Assembly (NCBI GenBank): GCA_025450765.1
Contig: JANWLS010000132.1
Location: 1-60,687 of the forward strand
Source: Vicinamibacterales bacterium
Lineage (GTDB): Bacteria > Acidobacteriota > Vicinamibacteria > Vicinamibacterales > CAVVIG01
DNA length: 60,687 bases
Reading direction: 5' to 3'
In this document: positions 46,175 through 54,552 of the stretch, piece by piece
How positions within the stretch are numbered: position 1 is the stretch's first letter
Layout of the letters: each line of letters starts with the position of its first letter
Made by a program: the position numbers and the translations under genes
The notes under the pieces: model-generated
What the model was told of the DNA's origin: nothing
What the model saw: the letters and a program-made list of their open reading frames with translations, nothing else
Databases searched by the model: none

Positions 46175-46192
46175 CGTTGCGGTACACTGAGA

Positions 46193-46741
46193 ATGGTGAC
46201 CGACCACCCTCACGAGCCGGCTGATGTCTTCCGCTTCTGTCCGCGCTGTGGCGGACGCCTGGCGCCGCGCCGGCTGAAGACGACCGAGCCCGAGCGGCTC
46301 GTATGCGAGGCCTGCCAGTTCGTCTTCTATCTCGATCCCAAGATCGCGGTCGGCACGATCATCCGCCGCCACTCGGACCGCCTCGTGCTCGTCCGGCGCG
46401 CCATCGAGCCCGGCTACGGCAAGTGGGTCTTTCCGGGCGGCTACGTGGATCGCGGCGAGGCGCTCGAGGCGGCGGCCGTGCGCGAGGCGCGCGAAGAATG
46501 CGGCCTCGAGGTCCGTCTCGACGCCCTCGTGAACATCTATTCCTATGCGGGACGTACGCCCGTGATCGTGGTGTACGCCGCGACCGCCGTCGGCGGCGAG
46601 CTCTGCGTCGACGATGAGTGCCTCGAGGTCGCGGAGCTCAGTCCATCGGCACTGCCATGGGACGAACTGGCGTTTCGCAGCACGCGCCAGGGATTACGCG
46701 ATTACCTGGCCGGCCTCCGTCATCCGATCGGCGAGCCTTAA
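46193..46741 (+). CDS. Nudix hydrolase with N-terminal zinc ribbon
   Basis: CPRCGG...CEAC zinc ribbon. Nudix box GGYVDRGEALEAAAVREAREECGL. Confidence 0.85.
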   Translation: MVTDHPHEPADVFRFCPRCGGRLAPRRLKTTEPERLVCEACQFVFYLDPKIAVGTIIRRHSDRLVLVRRAIEPGYGKWVFPGGYVDRGEALEAAAVREAREECGLEVRLDALVNIYSYAGRTPVIVVYAATAVGGELCVDDECLEVAELSPSALPWDELAFRSTRQGLRDYLAGLRHPIGEP

Positions 46742-46848
46742 GGGCTTCTCCGTATTTTTCGGCGCGCGCGGCTTTTTCCCTCCACACGCATGAGCGGTTG
46801 AGGCACCATGACATTTCCCCGGTGCTTCAGATCAGGAGAAAGTGTTTC

Positions 46849-47319
46849 ATGCGTGCTTCACGTTTGACCCGCGGCGTTGTGCTCGCCGCCCTTCCGCTCG
46901 CCTTGTCGCTCGCCGCCTGCTCGTTCTCGAGCAAGAGCTCGCCCACGACGCCCGATACGGCCATCGTCACGTTGTTGATGGGGAGCTGGACCTCCAGCGG
47001 CACGACGTCGGTCGGCGCCGCGAGCTCCTGCGGCGGTTTTCAGTGGCAGGTCACCAGCCAGAACGGCGATACGGTGACGGGCACGTTCTCCGCCACCTGT
47101 GGCAGCGGCGTCACGCTGGACGGGTCGGCGACGGGCGTCTCGAACGATAACCAGGTGACCTGGAACGCCAGCGGCACGGCGCACATTCCGAACCAGGCGG
47201 ATTGCCCGTTCACGCTGAACGGCGTCGCCACGGTGAATGGCGATACGGCGACGCTGCCCTATTCGGGCTCGTCCTGCATGGGTGCGGTGAGCGGCACCGA
47301 GACGCTCACCAAGCACTAG
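46849..47319 (+). CDS. Small lipoprotein, function unknown
   Basis: Lipobox ALSLAAC. Ser/Thr/Gly-rich, beta-type sequence with 4 further Cys. AGGAGA RBS before ATG 46849. Confidence 0.6.
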   Translation: MRASRLTRGVVLAALPLALSLAACSFSSKSSPTTPDTAIVTLLMGSWTSSGTTSVGAASSCGGFQWQVTSQNGDTVTGTFSATCGSGVTLDGSATGVSNDNQVTWNASGTAHIPNQADCPFTLNGVATVNGDTATLPYSGSSCMGAVSGTETLTKH

Positions 47320-49916
47320 AACATCAGCATCGTTCCGAGCTCGATCTGCCGGGCCGCGCGCGCTGACGTCGGTTCTCCGAAGAACGGCGACGTGAGGGTG
47401 CCGCGGTACCCGGTGTAATTCACCGTGTTCAGGACGTTCGTCGCCCGGACGTAGAGCTCCACGAGCGCGCGGTGCTGGCTGCGCCAGTCGGCGCCGCGTC
47501 CCGGGCCACCTCGTCCGCGCTGTGGCCCCCCGGCGCCCGCACCGGGCGCGCCCATCCCCAATCGCCACGACAGTCGCAGATCCAGCCTGAACTGGCCGCT
47601 CGCTCGCGCCGAGTTGCGACCCACGCCGGCCGGCCGATCGTTGAACACCGTGTCCCCGTTGTCATCCGTGCCCGTGGTGATCGTGTAGGGCGGCGCCGAC
47701 TGCGCCCGCAGCGTGAAGCCCGCCTGCACCGACTTCAACACGTCCGCCACCCCGAACAGCGACAGCTCATGCCGGACATCATCGGACGAGGGGCCCCATT
47801 CGTCCGGCTGTTCGTTGTCGGCCGGCAGCGACGTCGCACCATCCCCGTCATCGAACGACTGGCCATACGTGTAGCGCACCGACAGGAATGCGTGGCGCCA
47901 CGGTAACTGACCGCCAAGACTCGCACGCAGCTGATCGTCCTGCATGCGGCCGATGGATTCGATCTCGATGATGTTGCCAACCGACGGATCCGGCCGGATG
48001 CCGTCCGGCCCCGGCGCGTTCAGGTTGCGACCGCGCATCAGGTTGTCGCCCGTGCGGTGAATGTACGTGGCGTCGGCGCGCAGGCCGCGGCCAATGCGGC
48101 GCTCCAGCCCGATCGACGACTGGCGAATCGTCGGCATCTCGAGGTCGGCCGACGCGACGATGCGGCCCGATGGCAGGACGAGCGCCTGGCCGCCGACGAA
48201 CGGGTCGGGATAGCCGGGATCCTCGATCGTCACATCCTGGCCGCGCGTCCCGTCGGTCTGCAGCGTGTCTTCATAGGTCGACGCGTCGTACCAGTCGTGG
48301 AACACGCCATAGCCGCCGCGGATGGTCGTGCGCCCGCTCGTGAAGGGCGCCCACGTGACGCCCAGCCTTGGTGCGGGATTCCACGTCCCCTGCAGCTGCG
48401 ATTGCCACTCGTTGCGCAGCCCAAGGCCGATCATCAGGTTCTTGCGAAGCTGGAGGTCGTCCTGCACGAACCACGCACCCTCGAATGCCGAGAAGTCGAC
48501 CGCCGGATTACCCAGCCATTGGGTGTAGGTGTTCGGCTGGCCAGCTTCGTAGTCGGCGAGCGTCGAGAAGGTGAAGGTGCCGTTGCCGTTGTCGATCTGA
48601 TCGGAGTTGTACCGGTTCCAATCGAGCTCGCCACCGACGCTGATCGCCTGCTGGCCGCGGGTGTAATCGAGCTTCTCCTGCAGGCTCGCCGAGCGGCCCG
48701 ACTGTAATCCCTGCTGCGTCGCCCCGCCGGTGGTCATCGTGTCCAGCACAACGACGGCCGGACCGCTCGTCACCGGAGTCGCCGTGGAGCCCGTCCATCC
48801 CACCAGCAGGCCGAGCGTGTTGTAGGTGTGGCCACCGAGGGCCCCTTCATCGCTCACGCGCACGCGCCGGTTCGTGTCGAGCGAGGTGTAGCCGTGCTCC
48901 GGCAGGTTGAAGTCGCCGACGCCCTGGTTTTCCTGCTGATCCCGGTTGTCGCGGAAGTCGAAGCGGAGCATGTTGCCGCGGGCGAGCGCCTGCTGCAGGT
49001 TCACCGACACGTTGTGACTGCCTTCGGGCTGTTTCACCAGGCCGTTGAACAGCCCGTCGGGCGTGGCGGCGCGAATCGTGGAGGAGTCGTAGGCGGAGAG
49101 CCCGCGGACGAAGAGCGCGACGGAGGTGCGGCCCTTCACGAGCGGCCCCTGGATCGAGAGGCGCCCCTGGTCCTGCCGCTCGGGCGGACGCGTCTCCGCG
49201 AACGCATTCCGCGCGTTCAGCGCATCGTCGCGAAAGCCGTAGCTGAGCATCGAGCGCCATTGATCTGTACCCGGGCGCGTGACGATCTCGATGCGCGATC
49301 CGCCGCGGCCGTGCCGGTCGGCCGAAAACACGTCGCGTCGGATGCGAATCTGCTGAATCTGGGACTTCGGCGGCATCGTTCCGCCGACCAGGCCGTCGAC
49401 CGTCACTTCGGCATCCGAGCCCGCCAGTTCACTCAAGGTCTGCTGCAGATCGGTCTCGTCCTCGGGCAGCGCGTCGAGCGCGTCCTGGCCGAGTGTGGTC
49501 GTCATGCTGTCGCCATTCGGGTTGATGGCGGCGGCCTGTGCGTCGGGCGCCACGGTGACCGACGTGGAGAGGGCCGCAATTTCGAGCGTGACGTTGATCC
49601 GGTTGGCGCCCGGCTTCAACGCCAGCTTCGGCGCCACGAATTCGCGGAAGCCGTCGAGGAGGACGTGAACCGCGTACACGCCTGGCTGGAGGTTGTTGAT
49701 CAGCGCCTCACCGCGCGCATCCGTGGGCAACGTCCGCAGGACCGTCGTCGCGCCAGCGTGAGCGACGTTCACCGTGGCGCCGACGATCGAGAGTCCGGTG
49801 GCATCGACGACCGACACGCGCAGCGTCGCGGCACGTCGCGAAGACTGGGCGAAAACACGTTGTGGAGCGAGCATCAGGCAAAGACAGGCGCCGAACGCGA
49901 CGAGCCGACGAGACAT
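47316..49916 (-). CDS. TonB-dependent-receptor-like outer membrane beta-barrel with N-terminal carboxypeptidase-regulatory-like domain
   Basis: Signal peptide ...APQRVFAQ. CarbopepD_reg-like LRVSVVDATGLSIVGATVNV. Long beta-strand-rich body with a terminal ...LGTMLMF (C-terminal Phe). Confidence 0.75.
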   Translation of the reverse strand: MSRRLVAFGACLCLMLAPQRVFAQSSRRAATLRVSVVDATGLSIVGATVNVAHAGATTVLRTLPTDARGEALINNLQPGVYAVHVLLDGFREFVAPKLALKPGANRINVTLEIAALSTSVTVAPDAQAAAINPNGDSMTTTLGQDALDALPEDETDLQQTLSELAGSDAEVTVDGLVGGTMPPKSQIQQIRIRRDVFSADRHGRGGSRIEIVTRPGTDQWRSMLSYGFRDDALNARNAFAETRPPERQDQGRLSIQGPLVKGRTSVALFVRGLSAYDSSTIRAATPDGLFNGLVKQPEGSHNVSVNLQQALARGNMLRFDFRDNRDQQENQGVGDFNLPEHGYTSLDTNRRVRVSDEGALGGHTYNTLGLLVGWTGSTATPVTSGPAVVVLDTMTTGGATQQGLQSGRSASLQEKLDYTRGQQAISVGGELDWNRYNSDQIDNGNGTFTFSTLADYEAGQPNTYTQWLGNPAVDFSAFEGAWFVQDDLQLRKNLMIGLGLRNEWQSQLQGTWNPAPRLGVTWAPFTSGRTTIRGGYGVFHDWYDASTYEDTLQTDGTRGQDVTIEDPGYPDPFVGGQALVLPSGRIVASADLEMPTIRQSSIGLERRIGRGLRADATYIHRTGDNLMRGRNLNAPGPDGIRPDPSVGNIIEIESIGRMQDDQLRASLGGQLPWRHAFLSVRYTYGQSFDDGDGATSLPADNEQPDEWGPSSDDVRHELSLFGVADVLKSVQAGFTLRAQSAPPYTITTGTDDNGDTVFNDRPAGVGRNSARASGQFRLDLRLSWRLGMGAPGAGAGGPQRGRGGPGRGADWRSQHRALVELYVRATNVLNTVNYTGYRGTLTSPFFGEPTSARAARQIELGTMLMF

Positions 49917-49935
49917 GCAACCTCCGTGAGGTTGC
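49917..49935 (-). promoter_or_regulatory. 8-bp hairpin that pairs the GGAGG Shine-Dalgarno of the receptor gene and ends at its AUG
   Basis: The mRNA sense strand reads GCAACCUC-acg-GAGGUUGC-AUG. Confidence 0.35.
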
Positions 49936-49978
49936 TATGATGACGCGGGAAATATTGGCGGCGCCAGCAAAAAATCCC

Positions 49979-51196
49979 TCACTCCCGCAGCCATTGGCGA
50001 ACCGGGCGCGAGAGGAATTCGTGCACCGGGATCCCCTCGCCGCCAACGAGGAGCGTGCGCGAGGGCTTGAACGCGCGCTGGAAAGCGGCGAGGCCCGCCA
50101 GCATTCCGGGCGCCCGCGCGCTCTTCACCTCGATGGCCACGACGCGCTTTCCGCTTCTCACGACGAAATCGACCTCCTGATTGCGATCGCGCCAGTAGAA
50201 CAGGTCGCACTCTCCTGCGGCCGCGGCGTTCGCCAGGTGCGCGCCAACCGCCGACTCGATCAGGCGGCCGCGGAACTCGTGGTCGGCTCGCGCCTCCCGC
50301 GGTGAGAGCCCCGACAGCGCGGTCAGGAGCGCCGTGTTCAGCGCCTGCAGCTTGGGCATCGCGGCGCGCTGCCGGATGACCCGGCCCGCATACTTCTGCA
50401 GGCCCACCAGGAGCCCGGCCGCCGACAGCAAGTCGAGATAGTGCGAGAGCGTCGTGGTATTCCCCGCATCCTGGAGATGACCGAGCATCTTGGTGTACGA
50501 GACCACCTGGCCCGAGTACCGGCATCCCACCTCGAACAGGCGCCTGAGCAGCGCCGGCCGATCGACCCTCGTCATCAGGAGCACATCGCGCGCGATGGTC
50601 GTCTCGATGAGCGAATCCAGCAGGTAACGCCGCCAGCGCGGAACCTCGCCGCTCAGGGAGGCGGATCCCGGATATCCGCCAAAGAACAGATAGTCCTCGA
50701 ACGAGAAGCCGAAGGCGGCGGACATCTCCGGCAGGGACCAGTGGGGCACGTGCAGGACCTCGAAACGCCCGGCCAGGCTCTCGGTGAGCCCGTGCTGCAT
50801 GAGGAGTGGCGCCGATCCGAGGAGCACGACCTTGAGGGGGCGGCGCGCCCGGGTGTCTTCGTCCCAGAGCCGCTTCACGGTCTCCGACCATCCGGGAATC
50901 TTGTGAACCTCGTCGAGCGCGAGCACCGCACCGGGAGCTCCCGCCTTCGCGGCGGCGGCGCGGCCGTGCTCCCACTGCACACCGATCCACGCCGTATCCC
51001 GCAACGAGGGCTCGTCGGCCGACGCGAAGATGCTCGGTGCGCGCAGCCGTGCGAGCACCTGCTCGACCACGGTCGTCTTGCCGACCTGCCGCGGCCCGGT
51101 CAGCGCCTGCATGAACCGGCGGGGCTCGCGCAGGCGGCCCGCCAGCACGGCCACGTGGGCGCGGGCGAACGGCGCGGTCGACGCATTACTCATCAT
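49979..51196 (-). CDS. AAA+ ATPase of the AAA_14/DUF4143 family
   Basis: P-loop LTGPRQVGKTT and Walker B-like VLALDEVH. The C-terminal DUF4143-like region ends in a nuclease-like tail (FYWRDRNQEVDFVV...VAIEVK). Confidence 0.8.
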   Translation of the reverse strand: MMSNASTAPFARAHVAVLAGRLREPRRFMQALTGPRQVGKTTVVEQVLARLRAPSIFASADEPSLRDTAWIGVQWEHGRAAAAKAGAPGAVLALDEVHKIPGWSETVKRLWDEDTRARRPLKVVLLGSAPLLMQHGLTESLAGRFEVLHVPHWSLPEMSAAFGFSFEDYLFFGGYPGSASLSGEVPRWRRYLLDSLIETTIARDVLLMTRVDRPALLRRLFEVGCRYSGQVVSYTKMLGHLQDAGNTTTLSHYLDLLSAAGLLVGLQKYAGRVIRQRAAMPKLQALNTALLTALSGLSPREARADHEFRGRLIESAVGAHLANAAAAGECDLFYWRDRNQEVDFVVRSGKRVVAIEVKSARAPGMLAGLAAFQRAFKPSRTLLVGGEGIPVHEFLSRPVRQWLRE

Positions 51197-51230
51197 GTTG
51201 AGTAATTTTACTCAATACACTGAGTAATTT
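51185..51230. promoter_or_regulatory. Tandem 22-bp palindromic operator-like array (TTACTCA-n6-TGAGTAA, two copies) overlapping the ATPase start codon and a TAAAAT -10 box
   Basis: Half-sites at 51186-92, 51199-205, 51208-14 and 51221-27, all exact 7-mers. This is the most AT-rich stretch I noticed in the window. Confidence 0.6.
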
Positions 51231-51393
51231 GTAGATCGAACGGATAATGGCCGGAATTCGCGGATTGTGACGAGGGCGCCGCCGCGTGCGACACCCGAAC
51301 AGGGGTTCGGGTGTAGGATCCCGGGGTCGCGGTGCCGCCCGTCCCGGCAGCGCCGCACGCGTGCGACCGCGACCGCAACCAAGGAGCTCGCCC

Positions 51394-53295
51394 ATGATCA
51401 CTCGTTGTCCGCGCCGCCTGGCGCTGATCACCGCCGCTGCCGCGCTCGCCGCCGCGCCGGGTGTGTTCGCGCAGGCGCCCGCGCCCGCGGCCGCCGCGCC
51501 GATCACCGTCGCCGTCGATGCGACGCAGGCCCCCACGAAGATCGTCCGCTCGCACGAGGTCATCCCCGTGCATCCGGGCCCGCTGACGCTGTACTATCCG
51601 AAGTGGATCCCGGGCGAGCATGCCCCGGACGGCCCGATCAACAACCTCACGGATCTGAAGTTCACGGCGAACGGCCAGGCCGTCCGCTGGACGCGTGACC
51701 TCCTCGACGTCTTCACGTTTCACGTCACCGTGCCCGAAGGGGCGACGAGCCTGACGGCGGATTTCGAATACATCGAGCCGACGGCCGGCGGCGCCTACTC
51801 GGAGAGCGCGTCGGCCACCGACAAACTTCTCGATCTGAGCTGGAACCAGATGGTGCTCTATCCGGCGGGATTCACCTCGAACCAGCTCACCTACGACGCC
51901 AGCCTGACGCTGCCGGATGGCTGGAAGTTCGGCACGGCCCTTCCCATCGACCATCAGTCGGGCCAGCAGATCACGTTCAAGCCGATCTCGCTCACGCTGC
52001 TCGTCGACTCGCCCGTCATCACCGGCCAGTACTACCGCGCCGTCGACATCACGCCGCCCGGTGAACCGATCCACCACGAGCTCGACATCGTCGCCGACAG
52101 CCAGGCGGCGCTCGGCATCAGCCAGGATGCGATCACGGGCATGACGAATCTCGTGGCGGAATCGGGCAGGCTTTTCGGGACACGTCACTATCGCGACTAT
52201 CACTTCCTGCTCACGCTCAGCGATCACGTGGCCCACTTCGGCCTCGAGCATCATGAATCGGACGACAGCCGGCTGCCGGAGCGCGCGCTCATCAGCCCGA
52301 ATGCGACGATGTCGCTCGGGAGCCTGCTGGCGCACGAGTTCGTGCACTCGTGGAACGGAAAGTTCCGCCGGCCAGCCGACCTGAGCACGCCGGAATACGA
52401 AACGCCGATGAAGACGGATCTGCTGTGGGTCTACGAAGGGCTCACGGATTATCTCGGGCCGATGCTCGCCGCGAGGAGCGGCCTGTGGAAGCCGGCCGAG
52501 TATCGGCAGTATCTCGCGGATATCTCCGCCGAGCTCGGCCCTGGCCGGCCCGGCCGCACGTGGCGCGATCTGTCGGACACCGCCGTCGGCGAGCCCGGCC
52601 TCGGCGGCGGCCGCGGCTGGCTCAATTGGCGCCGCGACACGGACTACTACGATGAAGGCGATCTGCTCTGGCTGGAAGTGGCGACGATCATCCACGACCA
52701 GACGCACGGCCAGAAATCGATCGACGACTTCTGCCACCTCTTTCACGGTGGACCGAACGACGGTCCCGAGCTGAAGACCTATACGTTCGACCAGCTCGTG
52801 ACGGCGTTGAACCAGGTCGCCCCATACGACTGGGCCGGCTTCTTCCACGAGCGGCTGACCTCACTCTCACCGAAGGCGCCAACCGGCGGCATCGAGAACG
52901 GCGGCTGGGAAGTAGTGTTCGACGACCAGCCGATCGAGCGGCGCGAGCGGCGTGGGAACGGCGGCGACGAGTACACGATCGGCCTCGAGCTCGGGCAGAA
53001 CGGCCAGGTCATCGACTCCATCGTCGGGGGCGCGGCCTTCAAGGCGGGGGTCACGTCGGGCATGCGGGTGATCGCGGTCAACGGGCGGGCCTACACGCAC
53101 GACCTGCTCGAAGACGCGATCAAGGCGTCGAAGGCGAACACCGGACCGATCGCGCTGCTCGTCGAGAACAACGATTACTTCATCACGTGCAACGTGGATT
53201 ACCACGACGGGGAGCGCTACCCGCACCTGCAGCGCGTCGAGAGCAAGCCGGATTATCTCGACGAGCTGATCAAGCCGCGCGCTGGCGGGCAATAG
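51394..53295 (+). CDS. M61 glycyl aminopeptidase family protein with C-terminal PDZ domain
   Basis: Signal peptide ...AAAPGVFAQ and HEFVHSWNGK zinc motif. PDZ-like IDSIVGGAAFKAGVTSGMRVIAVNG. AAGGAG RBS before ATG 51394. Confidence 0.8.
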   Translation: MITRCPRRLALITAAAALAAAPGVFAQAPAPAAAAPITVAVDATQAPTKIVRSHEVIPVHPGPLTLYYPKWIPGEHAPDGPINNLTDLKFTANGQAVRWTRDLLDVFTFHVTVPEGATSLTADFEYIEPTAGGAYSESASATDKLLDLSWNQMVLYPAGFTSNQLTYDASLTLPDGWKFGTALPIDHQSGQQITFKPISLTLLVDSPVITGQYYRAVDITPPGEPIHHELDIVADSQAALGISQDAITGMTNLVAESGRLFGTRHYRDYHFLLTLSDHVAHFGLEHHESDDSRLPERALISPNATMSLGSLLAHEFVHSWNGKFRRPADLSTPEYETPMKTDLLWVYEGLTDYLGPMLAARSGLWKPAEYRQYLADISAELGPGRPGRTWRDLSDTAVGEPGLGGGRGWLNWRRDTDYYDEGDLLWLEVATIIHDQTHGQKSIDDFCHLFHGGPNDGPELKTYTFDQLVTALNQVAPYDWAGFFHERLTSLSPKAPTGGIENGGWEVVFDDQPIERRERRGNGGDEYTIGLELGQNGQVIDSIVGGAAFKAGVTSGMRVIAVNGRAYTHDLLEDAIKASKANTGPIALLVENNDYFITCNVDYHDGERYPHLQRVESKPDYLDELIKPRAGGQ

Positions 53296-53300
53296 CGGCC

Positions 53301-54464
53301 TTGACGGGCGATCGTGCTCAGCTCTGGTGGCTGCTGGTCTTCCGCGGGACGCGGAGCATTTCAGCCGGCCTGATCGCGATCGCCTTTCCCTATCTCGTCC
53401 TCGAGCAGGCGGGGTACGGCGCCTGGCAGCTCGGCCTGATCTACACGGCGGCCGCGCTCGCCACGGCGGCGATGGGCCTCGCCGCCGGCTTCCTCGCCGA
53501 TCTCTGGGGCCGCAAGGCCACGCTGCTCCTCATCGGCACGATGCTGCCCGTCAGCTCCTTCATTGCATGGAGCGGGCATTCGCTGCTCTGGCTGTTCCTG
53601 GCCGCCATCATCGGCGGGTACTCCGCCACCGGTTCGCTCATGAGCGGCGGCGTGGGCGGCGCCGTGCAGCCGATCCAGAGCGCCATCATCGCCTCGCTCG
53701 CCAATGTCGAGCGCCGCACGTTCTACTTTTCGCTCTTCTCCTTTCTCGGTGGAATGCTGGCGGCCGGCGGCGCGCTGCTCGGCCGGGTGCTCAGCGTCGA
53801 AACAGCCTTCCTCGCGGCCACCGCCATTTCGCTCGTGGGCCTGGTGGCGATCTGGCCGCTCCGGGTCAACGTGAGGCGGGGGCGCATGTCGCACCTGCCG
53901 AGCCTGAAGGTGATCGGCCAGTTCTCGCTCACGGGCGCCCTCAACGGCTTCTCGCAGGGCCTCGTCATGCCGTTCCTGATCCCGTTCTTCGTCCTGGTGT
54001 ATCACCTGCCGCAGGCGCGCATGGCCACCTACGCCTTCATCGGCGGCGCGCTGGCCTCCTGCGCCCTCTTCGCCGCCCCGGTTCTCGAGCGCCGCTTCGG
54101 GTTCGTCCGCGCCATCGCGCTCACGCGCGGCATCGGCGCTGTGCTGATCCTGGTGCTCCCGCTGTGGCACAACCTGGCGCTCGCGCTGGCGATTTACGTG
54201 CTGGCGCCGGCGCTCCGGATCGCCGCCATCCCGGCACAGCAGACGGCGCTCACTGAATTGGTTTCGCAGGAAGAGCGGGGGCGTGCGCTGGGGCTCAACC
54301 AGGTGACGCGGCTCACGGCATCGGCGGGCGCGGTGAGCCTCACGGGCTACAGCTTTTCGGCGAGCGACTTCGCGCTCCCCTTCGAGCTGTACGCGGTGCT
54401 CATCGCGATCAACATCGGGCTCTACTTCCGGTTCTTCGGCGACCTCGGGCGCTTCACCAATTGA
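53301..54464 (+). CDS. MFS transporter
   Basis: 12-TM-like profile and ADLWGRKATLL motif. Start provisionally at TTG 53301, just after the M61 stop. The track start at 53187 overlaps the M61 gene. Confidence 0.7.
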   Translation: MTGDRAQLWWLLVFRGTRSISAGLIAIAFPYLVLEQAGYGAWQLGLIYTAAALATAAMGLAAGFLADLWGRKATLLLIGTMLPVSSFIAWSGHSLLWLFLAAIIGGYSATGSLMSGGVGGAVQPIQSAIIASLANVERRTFYFSLFSFLGGMLAAGGALLGRVLSVETAFLAATAISLVGLVAIWPLRVNVRRGRMSHLPSLKVIGQFSLTGALNGFSQGLVMPFLIPFFVLVYHLPQARMATYAFIGGALASCALFAAPVLERRFGFVRAIALTRGIGAVLILVLPLWHNLALALAIYVLAPALRIAAIPAQQTALTELVSQEERGRALGLNQVTRLTASAGAVSLTGYSFSASDFALPFELYAVLIAINIGLYFRFFGDLGRFTN

Positions 54465-54552
54465 GCGGGGCTCTGCCCCGAACCCCGGCTCACGTCGCTT
54501 CGCTCGCGCTCCGTCGCTCGCTCCGCTTCGTTCGCAGGCGCGCCGTGCGCGC

